In this document: positions 35,343 to 44,622 of the stretch, piece by piece
Layout: each line of letters starts with the position of its first letter
Numbering within the stretch: position 1 is the stretch's first letter
Notes under the pieces: generated by a model
What the model saw: the letters and a program-made list of their open reading frames with translations, nothing else
Told to the model about the DNA's origin: nothing
Databases searched by the model: none
Program-made: the position numbers and the translations under genes
Assembly: GCA_045631165.1 (NCBI GenBank)
Contig: JAZQUF010000182.1
Location: 1-62,405 of the forward strand
Length of the DNA stretch: 62,405 nt
Source: Acutalibacteraceae bacterium
Lineage (GTDB): Bacteria; Bacillota; Clostridia; Oscillospirales; Acutalibacteraceae
Direction: 5' to 3'

Positions 35343-36821
35343 ATGGACACAAGATTCTCAATTTCAAATTATCCTGATGCCAGAGCTGTTACAAAGCAGC
35401 TTGAAGATCTCATCAAGCTTCCTATGCATTCAATTGCTCCGGACGTTCTTAAAAAGTATGAAGAAGAATACTTTGATGCAAAATGCCAGAAGTCAAAGGC
35501 TATGATTTCTGAAGCTAAGCAGATCATCCCCGGCGGTGTTCAGCACAACCTTGCATTCAACTATCCGTTCCCCCTTGTTTTCACAAAAGCTGAGGGCGCA
35601 AAGCTCTATGATATCGACGGCAACGAATACTACGACTTCCTTCAGGCAGGCGGTCCTACAGTTTTAGGCTCCAATCCTCCTGAGGTTCGCGATCAGGTTA
35701 TTGACCTTCTTAAGACTTGCGGTCCTTCAACAGGTCTTTTCCATGAGTTCGAATATAAGCTTGCTAAGAAAATTTCAGACTCAGTTCCCACAGTTGATAT
35801 GTTCCGTATGCTCGGTTCAGGTACTGAGGCTTGTATGGTAGCTTGCCGTGTTGCAAGACTTGCTACAAAGAAAAAGCACATCCTCAAGATGGGTGGCGCT
35901 TACCACGGTTGGTCAGATCAGCTCGGTTACGGTATCCGTGTTCCCGGCTCAAAGTTCACTCAGGCAAGCGGCGTTCCTATGCGTCTTATGAGAGATACAC
36001 AGGAATTCTTCCCCAACGATCTTAACGATCTTGAAAAGAAGCTCAGAAGAAATCAGCTCAACGGCGGTACAGCTGCTGTATTTATCGAGCCCGTTGGTCC
36101 CGAAAGCGGTACACGTCCTCTTGATTTCGAATTCAACAAGGGCGTTGAAAGACTTTGCCGTAAGTACGGCGCACTCCTTATCTTTGATGAGGTTGTAACA
36201 GGCTTCCGTCTTGGTATGGCTGGTGCTCAGGGTTACTTCGGTGTTGAACCTGACCTCACAATCTTCGGTAAGGTTATCGCTGGCGGTTATCCCGGTGCAG
36301 GCGGTATCGGCGGTAAGAGAGAATATATGCAGTACATGGGTGCAGGTCTTGATGCAAGCGGCATGAAGATCAAGAAGGCATTCTGTGGCGGTACTCTTGC
36401 AGCTACACCTATCTCATGCGTAGCAGGTTACTACACTCTTGAAGAAATCGACAAGCAGAACGCTTGCCAGAAGGCTGGTATCATGGGTGACAGAATCACC
36501 GCAGGCCTTAACAAGATTATCGACAAGTATAATCTTCCTTTCGTAGCATTCAACCAGGGCTCAATCTGCCACATGGAAACTGTTGGTACACTTGCTTTCT
36601 CACTTAACTGGAGCAAGCCTTGGGAAATCCCCGGTATCATTAAGGAAACAAGCAAGCGTAAGGCTGAAATGACTCATATGGGTGCAGCTTACATGGCTGA
36701 AGGTCTTGTAACTCTTGCAGGTTCACGTCTCTATACATCAGCAGCATACACAGAAGAAATGATCGACGATGCTCTTGCTCGTTTCGACAAGGTATTCGCA
36801 AACATCACTGTTGTTGAATAA
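35343..36821 (+). CDS. Class-III PLP aminotransferase / glutamate-1-semialdehyde aminomutase-like protein
   Basis: Motifs GSGTEA, LIFDEV.TGFR, and FGKVIAGGYP with the PLP-lysine context as in HemL. 492 aa, longer than HemL. Strongly biased (highly expressed-like) codon usage. Confidence 0.7.
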   Translation: MDTRFSISNYPDARAVTKQLEDLIKLPMHSIAPDVLKKYEEEYFDAKCQKSKAMISEAKQIIPGGVQHNLAFNYPFPLVFTKAEGAKLYDIDGNEYYDFLQAGGPTVLGSNPPEVRDQVIDLLKTCGPSTGLFHEFEYKLAKKISDSVPTVDMFRMLGSGTEACMVACRVARLATKKKHILKMGGAYHGWSDQLGYGIRVPGSKFTQASGVPMRLMRDTQEFFPNDLNDLEKKLRRNQLNGGTAAVFIEPVGPESGTRPLDFEFNKGVERLCRKYGALLIFDEVVTGFRLGMAGAQGYFGVEPDLTIFGKVIAGGYPGAGGIGGKREYMQYMGAGLDASGMKIKKAFCGGTLAATPISCVAGYYTLEEIDKQNACQKAGIMGDRITAGLNKIIDKYNLPFVAFNQGSICHMETVGTLAFSLNWSKPWEIPGIIKETSKRKAEMTHMGAAYMAEGLVTLAGSRLYTSAAYTEEMIDDALARFDKVFANITVVE

Positions 36822-36897
36822 TTCTGATACATATTTACAAGGCAGGCATACCCGCCTGCCTTGTGCTAACTAATACTATATAGAAGAGGTGTAATAA

Positions 36898-38124
36898 ATG
36901 GACATCTTAGAAGCTAAGAAAATAGTTGTAGAAGCAGGTAAGCAGCTTGTTTCAACAGGTCTTATTGCACGTACATGGGGTAACGTAAGCTGTCGTATCG
37001 ACGACAAGCAGTTTGTTATTACTCCCAGCGGTAAGGCATATGAGGGTCTTACTCCTGACGACATCGTGCTTGTAAATATGGACGACCTTTCATACGAAGG
37101 CGACATTAAGCCCTCAAGTGAAAAGGGTATCCACGCTCAGTGCTATCTTCACAGACCCGAAATCGGTTTTGTCATCCACACACATCAGGCTAATGCAAGT
37201 GTTGTTTCAACTCTCGGCTGTGACCTCAACGGTATCGAAGGCTACAGCAAGGATATCATCGGTGACCACATTGCAGTAAGTGCATACGGTCTTCCCGGTA
37301 CAGGTAAGCTTCGTCAGGGCGTAATCGATACACTCGAGCGTTCAGATTCAAAGGCTATCTTCCTTAAGTCGCACGGTGCAGTTTGTATGGGTACTGACTA
37401 TGATGATGCTTTCAAGGTAGCTAACGAAGTTGAAGCAGTTTGCGCTAAGTACGTTTTCGATAAGTACAATGAAACAACAGGTAAGGTTGCTCAGTCATTC
37501 AATGATGTATTTGCTTACATTGCTGATCTTAAGAAGAGAGCAGATATGATGCCTGCTGCTAAGCTTACAGCATACGATAGTATTCGTATCGACGATGCTA
37601 TTATTCTTTCAGATAAAGAGGGTAACAATGTAGCAACTGTTGGTCTTTGCCCCTGCTGTGATGAGCTTATCACTGGTGATAAGTATCCCTCAGAAGCTGA
37701 CCTTCACAAGGCTATCTATAATAAGCGCGAAGATATCGGTGCTATCATCCACTCACAGGAGCCTGCAATTATGGCTACATCAAAGATCGGCAAGACAATC
37801 AAGCCCTTCCTTGATGACTTTGCACAGATTGTTGGTGTAACTGTTAAGTGTGCAGACTTTGATCCTAATGACACAATGAAGTCATCAAAGAAAGCTGCAA
37901 AGAAAATGTCAGGCAAGTTCAGAAACGCTATGTTCCTCAGAGACAATGGCGCAGTTTGCTGCGGTCCTAACACAGAGGAAGCTCAGGCAACTGAGATGGT
38001 AATGGAAAAGAACTGCAAGACAATGCTTGCAGGTGAAGTGTTCGGCGGTGCTAAGAATCTTAGTGCACTTGATTGTGTTGTAATGAACGTAGTTTACAGA
38101 CTCAAGTATTCAAAGCAGAAATAA
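36898..38124 (+). CDS. Tandem (duplicated) class II aldolase/adducin-family protein
   Basis: N-half: PSSEKGIHA, VIHTHQ, KSHGAVCMG. C-half: PSEADLHKA, IIHSQE, RDNGAVCCG, which has lost 2 of 3 putative Zn histidines. Confidence 0.7.
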   Translation: MDILEAKKIVVEAGKQLVSTGLIARTWGNVSCRIDDKQFVITPSGKAYEGLTPDDIVLVNMDDLSYEGDIKPSSEKGIHAQCYLHRPEIGFVIHTHQANASVVSTLGCDLNGIEGYSKDIIGDHIAVSAYGLPGTGKLRQGVIDTLERSDSKAIFLKSHGAVCMGTDYDDAFKVANEVEAVCAKYVFDKYNETTGKVAQSFNDVFAYIADLKKRADMMPAAKLTAYDSIRIDDAIILSDKEGNNVATVGLCPCCDELITGDKYPSEADLHKAIYNKREDIGAIIHSQEPAIMATSKIGKTIKPFLDDFAQIVGVTVKCADFDPNDTMKSSKKAAKKMSGKFRNAMFLRDNGAVCCGPNTEEAQATEMVMEKNCKTMLAGEVFGGAKNLSALDCVVMNVVYRLKYSKQK

Positions 38125-38126
38125 GT

Positions 38127-38182
38127 AAAGTTTTGGTCAAGCTTTTACAAAAGCTTGCGGGGTGCGGGGCGGAGCCCTGCCA
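38127..38182 (+). repeat. Family-A (variant B) post-stop element, copy A2
   Basis: AAAGTTTTGGT + CAAGCTTTT/AAAAGCTTG stem + GCGGGGTGCGGGGCGGAGCCCTGCCA. Starts 3 nt after the stop. About 93% identical to 39046-39100. Confidence 0.8.
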
Positions 38183-38195
38183 CAAGATAAAGATT

Positions 38196-38228
38196 AAGGA
38201 GACTCGGTGTGAGTCTCCTTTTTGTTTT
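38196..38228. terminator. Rho-independent terminator (bidirectional context)
   Basis: AAGGAGACTC GGTGT GAGTCTCCTT followed by TTTGTTTT. Confidence 0.85.
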
Positions 38229-38282
38229 ATTGAAACGCGTCAAACCTGAGAAGAAAAGGCGAGGTTTATCCCGCCGAGTTGG

Positions 38283-38930
38283 TTATGAGTTGTCTTTGGG
38301 TCTGAAAATGTAACCTCGTTTAGCTTTGACAGTGCAGAGGATGAGGATAGCAAGAGCTATCCATATACCCCAACCCCAGAGAAAATGAATTTCGTATCCC
38401 TTGGTGTAAATTATCGGGTCGAAAATCATAAATGGAGAAATGCGTGTAAAAAATGGTAAAGCTGCCACGCCTATGATATAGGTTGCCCAAGAAGTAATCA
38501 GCCAAGGGTGTTGGACGTTTTTAGCTAATAGTATGCCAAGAACAATAACTGCACCCGGGATAACAGCAAAGATTGTACCTCCCATTGCAAGTATAACTAT
38601 TGTTATAAGTGCAAAGATTACAGCAAGCACTATGCCCACATATTTTCTGACTATCTTCTCGTTGTGCTTAGAAACGTTTTCACTGTCAGAGTCTTTAACA
38701 TAGATATAAACAGGCTCAGGCTCGACTATGGTTCTACCTTTCAATATATAATCCGTAGACACACTGAAAATTTCACTCAGCTGCAGAAGCTTTTCTGCTT
38801 CGGGAAGGCACATATTGTTCTCCCATTTGGATATAGTTTGTCTTGATACATCAAGTTTATCTGCGAGATTGCCTTGGGACATATTATTTCGGTTTCGCAG
38901 GTCATAGATTCTTTCGCCGATGCTTGTCAT
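38283..38930 (-). CDS. XRE-family HTH protein fused to a 4-TM membrane domain
   Basis: N-terminus IYDLRNRNNMSQGNLADKLDVSRQTISKWENN. C-terminal half is hydrophobic. RBS AAAGGAG. Confidence 0.75.
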   Translation of the reverse strand: MTSIGERIYDLRNRNNMSQGNLADKLDVSRQTISKWENNMCLPEAEKLLQLSEIFSVSTDYILKGRTIVEPEPVYIYVKDSDSENVSKHNEKIVRKYVGIVLAVIFALITIVILAMGGTIFAVIPGAVIVLGILLAKNVQHPWLITSWATYIIGVAALPFFTRISPFMIFDPIIYTKGYEIHFLWGWGIWIALAILILCTVKAKRGYIFRPKDNS

Positions 38931-39045
38931 TTGTATCAGCTCCTTTCTGATTAAAGTTTAGCATAATGGGGGAGGTTTGTCTATCAATGTTGGTTTAAAA
39001 TTTAGCAACTTCAGGTTGCATAGGGTGAAAATGGGGAAAATAAGG

Positions 39046-39100
39046 AAAGTTTTGGTCAAGCTTTTACAAAAGCTTGCGGGGTGCGGGGTAGAGCCCTGCA
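39046..39100 (+). repeat. Family-A (variant B) element, copy A3 (not adjacent to a stop codon)
   Basis: 43 nt identical to copy A2 (AAAGTTTTGGTCAAGCTTTTACAAAAGCTTGCGGGGTGCGGGG), then 2 substitutions and 1 indel. Confidence 0.8.
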
Positions 39101-39132
39101 ATACTGATAAAGAAAGTTATAATAATATTTTC

Positions 39133-39230
39133 ATCAGCGCTCGCCGCGTGGTGTTGCTTTTTTGACCCCTCAGTCATCCTTGCGGATGACAGCTCCCCTT
39201 TCAGGGGCGCCAAGTCGTAACCCAAAAAAC
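39133..39230 (-). repeat. Expanded family-A element, copy A9 (loop replaced by two GC hairpins)
   Basis: Minus strand: GTTTTTTGGGTTAC..[GCGCCCCT GAA AGGGGAGC][GTCATCC GCAA GGATGAC]..AAAAAAGCAAC ACCACGCGGCGAGCGCTG. A T-run/A-run stem closes it. Confidence 0.6.
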
Positions 39231-39330
39231 TTTACTTATTTTTCTCTAAAAATTACTGCTAAACTCTTGATATTTCTTTCAAAATTTGAGATAATATAAT
39301 GAATTATCATAACCAAAGGAGGTTAATACA

Positions 39331-40986
39331 TTGAGTGATAACTTAAAGCTCGCTGAGCTTTTATTCCCCAATATAACAGAAACACCCGATGATATGGAAG
39401 CTAAATTTCCACCCCGTAACCTTAAAGAAGGCGTGAGAGTAACAAGACTTGCTCCCAGCCCCACAGGCTTCCTGCACTTCGGTAACCTCTTCGCAGGTAC
39501 AGTTGCTTACAGAACAGCTAAAACTACCGACGGTATCTTCTTCGTACGCGTTGAAGACACCGACCAGAAAAGAAAAATCGAAGGCGCAGTTAAGGTTATG
39601 CTCGACGGCCTTGAGGCTTTCGGTGTAACTGCTGATGAAGGTGTAGTAGGTGAAGATGTAGAAAAAGGTGACTACGGCCCCTACTATCAGAGCAAGAGAA
39701 AAGACATCTACCATGTTTTTGCAAAAACTCTTGTAGAAAAAGATCTCGCTTATCCCTGCTTCTGCAGTGCCGAAGAATTAGACGAAATCAGAGCACAGCA
39801 GGAAAACGAGCCTCAGAAAGGGTACTGGGGTAAATACGCAAAATGTCGTAATCTCAGCTTTGCTGAAATCGAAGAGAAAATCAATGCAGGTGTTCCCTGG
39901 ACTCTTCGTCTTAAGTCACCCGGTAATGCAGAAAACAAATGCTTTATCGATGATATGATTAAGGGTAAAATCGAGATGCCTGAAAATGTTCAGGATATCG
40001 TACTTCTCAAGAGCGACGGAATTCCTACATATCACTTCGCTCACGCTGTGGATGATCACCTTATGCGCACAACTCACGTAGTTCGCGGTGACGAATGGAT
40101 GTCAAGCTGTCCCGTACATCTTCAGCTCTTTAAGTGCCTTGGCTTCAAGGTGCCTAAGTATGCTCACGTAGCTCCCATTATGAAAGAGGAAAACGGCGGT
40201 AAGCGTAAGCTTTCAAAGAGAAAGGACCCCGAGGCTGCTGTTACATTCTACATTGAGCAGGGCTATCCCAAAGAGAGTGTCAACGAATATATGATGACTC
40301 TTATGAACTCCAACTTTGAAGACTGGAGAAAGACAAACAAGGATGCATCAATTGATGCATTCCCCTTTAATCTTAAAAAGATGAGTGTATCAGGTGCTCT
40401 CTTTGATATGGTGAAGTTCAACGACGTATCAAAGAATGTTATCTCACTTATGAATGCTGAAACAGTTTATAACTACACAGCTGAGTGGGCAAAAGAGTAT
40501 GATGCAGACTTCTATGCTCTTCTTACTAAAGAACCCGCACACTCAACAGCAATTCTTAATGTAGACAGAGATACTCCCAAGCCAAGAAAAGACATCGCTT
40601 GCTGGAGCGAGGTTAAGGATTATATCAGCTACTATTTCGATGAGATTTTTGATAATAATCTCGAAATGTCTGAAAACATCACAGCTGATATGGCTAAGGA
40701 AATTCTTGAAGCTTATATTGCTGTATATAATGAAAATGACACCAAGGACGAATGGTTCCAGAGAATGAAAGATCTTTGCGAGCCTCTCGGTTACACTCCC
40801 AATGTTAAGGAGTTCAAAAAGAATCCTGAAGCATTCAAGGGACACGTAGGTGACGTTTCAACAGTTGTCAGAGTTGCCGTAACAGGCAGAAGAAATACTC
40901 CCGACCTTTATTCAATTATGAGCCTTCTCGGTAAGGATAAGGTTATGGAAAGACTTAACTCAGCGCTGAAGTATTTCAGTGCGTGA
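39331..40986 (+). CDS. gltX: Glutamate--tRNA ligase
   Basis: TTG start after RBS AAAGGAGG. Motifs [16 protein letters not shown] (HIGH) and KLSKRK (KMSKS). 551 aa. Confidence 0.9.
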   Translation: MSDNLKLAELLFPNITETPDDMEAKFPPRNLKEGVRVTRLAPSPTGFLHFGNLFAGTVAYRTAKTTDGIFFVRVEDTDQKRKIEGAVKVMLDGLEAFGVTADEGVVGEDVEKGDYGPYYQSKRKDIYHVFAKTLVEKDLAYPCFCSAEELDEIRAQQENEPQKGYWGKYAKCRNLSFAEIEEKINAGVPWTLRLKSPGNAENKCFIDDMIKGKIEMPENVQDIVLLKSDGIPTYHFAHAVDDHLMRTTHVVRGDEWMSSCPVHLQLFKCLGFKVPKYAHVAPIMKEENGGKRKLSKRKDPEAAVTFYIEQGYPKESVNEYMMTLMNSNFEDWRKTNKDASIDAFPFNLKKMSVSGALFDMVKFNDVSKNVISLMNAETVYNYTAEWAKEYDADFYALLTKEPAHSTAILNVDRDTPKPRKDIACWSEVKDYISYYFDEIFDNNLEMSENITADMAKEILEAYIAVYNENDTKDEWFQRMKDLCEPLGYTPNVKEFKKNPEAFKGHVGDVSTVVRVAVTGRRNTPDLYSIMSLLGKDKVMERLNSALKYFSA

Positions 40987-40999
40987 AAGGAAGTGCACA

Positions 41000-42655
41000 A
41001 TGGAAGAAGCAGTAAAAATTTCTAATTTTATCCACGATTTCATTGACGAAGATCTGGAAAAAGGTGTCTACTCCCACGTACAGACCCGTTTCCCTCCCGA
41101 GCCTAACGGTTACCTTCATATCGGCCACGCGAAGGCTATACAGATTGACTTCTCAACTGCAGAAAAGTACGGCGGTACTTGTAATCTCCGTCTTGATGAT
41201 ACTAACCCATCTAAGGAAGATGTTGAGTACGTAGATGCAATCAAAGAAGATATTGAGTGGCTCGGCTATAAGTGGGACAAGGTGCTCTATGCATCAAGCT
41301 ATTTCGATTTCATTTATGATTGCGCTGTCAAGCTTATCGAAATGGGTAAGGCTTATGTATGCGACCTCACAGCTGATGAAATCAGAGAATACCGCGGTAC
41401 TCTAACAGAGCCGGGTAAAAACAGCCCCTACAGAGAAAGAAGCATTGAAGAAAACCTTGAACTTTTCAAGAGAATGACAGACGGCGAATTCCCCGACGGT
41501 GCAAGAGTGCTTCGTGCTAAGATCGATATGGCATCACCTAACATCAATATGCGTGACCCTGTAATTTACAGAATCGCTCATGTAAGCCATCATCAGACAG
41601 GGGACAAGTGGTGCGTGTATCCTATGTATGACTTTGCACATCCTCTTTCAGATACACGCGAGGGTGTAACTCACTCACTTTGCTCACTTGAGTTTGAAAA
41701 CCACAGACCTCTTTATGACTGGTTCCTTAAAGAGCTTCAGTTCAAAGAGCCCTCACGTCAGATTGAGTTCGCAAGACTTAACCTCAACTACTGTCTCACA
41801 AGTAAGCGTAAGTGCTTACAGCTTGTAACAGAGGGCATTGTTGATGGCTGGAATGACCCGAGAATGGTTACCATCAGCGGTATGAGAAGAAGAGGTTACC
41901 CTGCAGAAGCTATCAGAGACTTCATAGGTCGTGTAGGTGTGTCAAAGGCTTACAGTGTTGTTGACTTCGGTCTTCTTGAAGCTTGTGTAAGAGACAATCT
42001 CAACGCAAATGCTCCCAGAGCTATGGCTGTTCTCAGACCTCTTAAGGTTATTATCGATAACTATCCTGAGGATTTAATTGAAGAAATTGAGCTTCCCATT
42101 AATCAGGATAAGCCCGAACTCGGCACAAGAACAATCCGTTTCTCAAAAGAGATTTACGTTGAAAAAGAAGACTTTATGATTGAGCCTCCCAAGAAGTATT
42201 TCAGACTCTTCCCGGGCAACGAGGTAAGACTCAGAGGTGCATATTTTGTTAAGTGTGTCGGTTACGATACAGACGATAACGGCGAGGTTACAGCAGTTCA
42301 CTGCACATACGATCCTGAAAGCAAGGGTGGTAACTCACCTGACGGCAGAAAGGTCAAGGGTACTCTTCATTGGGTAAGTGCTAAAAACAGCATTGACTTT
42401 GAAGCAAGACTTTACGACAGACTCTTCAATAATCCAAATCCCTCTGATGAGTCAAGTGGCAGCTTCAAGGATAATCTTAATCCTGATTCACTCACAATTC
42501 TTGAGGGTTGTAAGTTAGAAGACGGTGTAGGTAATCTCAGTGTCGGAGATACATTCCAGTTTATGAGACAGGGTTATTTCTGTGTTGATACAACATCGAC
42601 AGATGAAAAGCTTGTATTTAACAGAACAGTTGACCTTAAGTCATCATGGAAATAA
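41000..42655 (+). CDS. glnS: Glutamine--tRNA ligase
   Basis: [17 protein letters not shown] (HIGH) and a KMSKS-like LTSKRK. Start at [11 protein letters not shown] (41000) with RBS GAAAGGAAG. Confidence 0.9.
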   Translation: MEEAVKISNFIHDFIDEDLEKGVYSHVQTRFPPEPNGYLHIGHAKAIQIDFSTAEKYGGTCNLRLDDTNPSKEDVEYVDAIKEDIEWLGYKWDKVLYASSYFDFIYDCAVKLIEMGKAYVCDLTADEIREYRGTLTEPGKNSPYRERSIEENLELFKRMTDGEFPDGARVLRAKIDMASPNINMRDPVIYRIAHVSHHQTGDKWCVYPMYDFAHPLSDTREGVTHSLCSLEFENHRPLYDWFLKELQFKEPSRQIEFARLNLNYCLTSKRKCLQLVTEGIVDGWNDPRMVTISGMRRRGYPAEAIRDFIGRVGVSKAYSVVDFGLLEACVRDNLNANAPRAMAVLRPLKVIIDNYPEDLIEEIELPINQDKPELGTRTIRFSKEIYVEKEDFMIEPPKKYFRLFPGNEVRLRGAYFVKCVGYDTDDNGEVTAVHCTYDPESKGGNSPDGRKVKGTLHWVSAKNSIDFEARLYDRLFNNPNPSDESSGSFKDNLNPDSLTILEGCKLEDGVGNLSVGDTFQFMRQGYFCVDTTSTDEKLVFNRTVDLKSSWK

Positions 42656-42697
42656 ATTCAAAAGTTGAAAAAAACAGCTTAAAGGAGTAAATTAAAA

Positions 42698-43396
42698 ATG
42701 AAAATTGCTTATCGCATCATTACCCCGCTTCTTGCAATCGGTGCAGTAGTAATGGGCCTTATGCTCAAGCTCTTCTATTTTGCAATCGGCGGTCTTACGG
42801 ATGAAATCACATCTATCGTTACACTTGCTGAACAGCTCGGTGTTAAGACAAAGTATGAATTTTCGGCTATCGATATCATTGATATGCTTATGAATGCAGA
42901 TCTCAGTGGTGCAGCAGAAAATACAGAAGAAGCAGCAAGCTTCCTGACAATAGCAGAGCCTATTATGCCTCATCTTATTGCTTTTGTTGTATTCTTTGTT
43001 ATTGCGCTTTTACTTTTCCTTGCAACAGGTGTTGTAGCGGCAGTAAAAGATAACAGAAAGACAGTAATATGGATGTGTGTATCTGGTCTTGTAATCACTT
43101 TCGTTTGTATAATTATTTCAAGATTAGCTTTTGATAAGATCATCGGTGGTGAAATCAGCCTTACAGATCTGGTTGGTGTATTCTCTGAAAGTGCCTGGAC
43201 ACAGCTTCTCGCCGCCGTTGTAACAATTAAAGTAGCGATGCTTTCGGCAGGCTTCTATGCAGTATTTGGTATGTATATTCTTGTTATTCTCTGGACTGTG
43301 TTAGCTAACATGCTTATCAAGACACCTATTCAGTTCGAGAAGAAGCACAGAAGAAAGAAGCCTCTTCCCAGAGTTTCAGCTATCTTCCACAGATAA
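42698..43396 (+). CDS. Hypothetical integral membrane protein
   Basis: RBS AAAGGAG. 5-6 TM segments. Basic C-terminal tail KKHRRKKPLPR. Confidence 0.6.
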   Translation: MKIAYRIITPLLAIGAVVMGLMLKLFYFAIGGLTDEITSIVTLAEQLGVKTKYEFSAIDIIDMLMNADLSGAAENTEEAASFLTIAEPIMPHLIAFVVFFVIALLLFLATGVVAAVKDNRKTVIWMCVSGLVITFVCIIISRLAFDKIIGGEISLTDLVGVFSESAWTQLLAAVVTIKVAMLSAGFYAVFGMYILVILWTVLANMLIKTPIQFEKKHRRKKPLPRVSAIFHR

Positions 43397-43402
43397 AAAA
43401 TT

Positions 43403-43442
43403 AAGGAGACTCATACGCCGGCGTAAACGAGTCTCCTTTTTC
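43403..43442. terminator. Bidirectional terminator sharing stem sequence with 38196-38228
   Basis: AAGGAGACTC ..16-nt loop.. GAGTCTCCTT followed by TTTCG. Preceded by A6. Confidence 0.8.
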
Positions 43443-43443
43443 G

Positions 43444-44355
43444 TTATTCTGATATTCCGAGATGTCTGATAAGTGCATCTGCTTGCTCATCGGTGATTTT
43501 TATTACACCACCGTGACGTTTTCTCCTTTTGCCCATATCAAAGCTGTCGGTGCTCAATTGTTCGAAATTACCTGTTGATAAGTCATCGCATAAAAATGGA
43601 GTATAGCCTTTATGGGTGTGGTATTGATCGGCGATCAGACACCATTTTCCGATTTCATCAATGTAATATGTTTCAGGACCCTCAAGTCCGTAGAATTTTG
43701 AAAAAACGTCTGAATGTATTGTTTCCCAGACATCACTCAGAAGCTCGGGGCTTCTTTCGACAGTGATAATCTTATTAGTCTCATCTTTTGAGAATCTGTA
43801 GTAATAACCTTTATCGTACACAATATTAGTGTCGATTACATCTGTTTCAGCATCTATATACTTGAATGCCGGTGTGAATTCCTTGAAATTCTTTGTGAAA
43901 GCGCCGTAAATTCTTTGCTTGCTATGTAAGTGTCCCTTCTCTCTTACGCGAGATGCAAAGAAAACAAACCATGCATCTTTTTTCTTGCAGAAAACAGCTT
44001 CAGGAGCCCAGACACAACCTGCTCTGTCTATGCCAACCTCAACAAGTCTTTCCTCTGACCAGTTTATCAGATCTTCGCTTTCCCACACAAAAAGTGAGCG
44101 GCTTCCTTTATGAGCGAAATTATACCAATTGCCGCTTGTAGTAAGTAAATCGGTTGCGATTATAAAATATTTCTTCAACTTTTCGTCATACACAATGAAT
44201 GGGTCACGAATACCTTTTGTGCCGAGGTTTGCTGAAAGCAGAGGAGTCTCACCGCCTAAATCCTTCCAGTGTAATCCGTCATAGCTTAAGGCAAACCATA
44301 TGGATTCTTTATCGCCTGTTTTGTCTTCTGTGAAATGTGTGAACAGATATGCCAT
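43444..44355 (-). CDS. Glycoside hydrolase family 43 protein
   Basis: Motifs IRDPFIVYDE, VWAPEAVF, LEGPETYYI. No signal peptide. Confidence 0.8.
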   Translation of the reverse strand: MAYLFTHFTEDKTGDKESIWFALSYDGLHWKDLGGETPLLSANLGTKGIRDPFIVYDEKLKKYFIIATDLLTTSGNWYNFAHKGSRSLFVWESEDLINWSEERLVEVGIDRAGCVWAPEAVFCKKKDAWFVFFASRVREKGHLHSKQRIYGAFTKNFKEFTPAFKYIDAETDVIDTNIVYDKGYYYRFSKDETNKIITVERSPELLSDVWETIHSDVFSKFYGLEGPETYYIDEIGKWCLIADQYHTHKGYTPFLCDDLSTGNFEQLSTDSFDMGKRRKRHGGVIKITDEQADALIRHLGISE

Positions 44356-44511
44356 AGTTGAAATCCTCGTTTATCATTTTTGTTTATTATATCACAACAA
44401 GCTTCGAAAAATCAAAGTGGTATTATGTACGAATAGTTATTGTAATATTTGTGCAATACCATCAAATGAAATAAAACAAATAACCACGCGTCTGATATGT
44501 GATTCTACGAT

Positions 44512-44546
44512 ACAAAAAGCCGGGCTGAAATTAATCAGCCCGGTTG
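44512..44546 (-). terminator. Rho-independent terminator of the PFOR transcript
   Basis: CCGGGCTGA / TCAGCCCGG stem with a T-run on the minus strand. Confidence 0.8.
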
Positions 44547-44559
44547 ATTTTATTTTATT

Positions 44560-44616
44560 CCGCTCGCCGCGAAGGCGTTACTTTTTGCCAGCGCACAAAA
44601 AGTAACCAAAAACGCG
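44560..44616 (-). repeat. Family-A post-stop element, copy A4
   Basis: Minus strand: CGCGTTTTTGGT + TACTTTTTG/CAAAAAGTA stem (loop TGCGCTGG) + ACGCCTTCGCGGCGAGCG. Starts 7 nt after the PFOR stop. Confidence 0.8.
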
Positions 44617-44622
44617 CTGTTA

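Noticed and set aside
38977-39165. 62-aa ORF in the XRE-gltX gap
   Set aside because: It is composed almost entirely of the family-A repeat copies A3 and A9 and has no RBS. The same repeat in other copies is read in different frames.
39101-39330. T-box leader upstream of gltX
   Set aside because: I found no specifier-loop/T-box (AGGGTGGNACC-like) sequence or terminator/antiterminator pair. The region is occupied by repeat elements and a plain promoter-like TTGATA..TATAAT.
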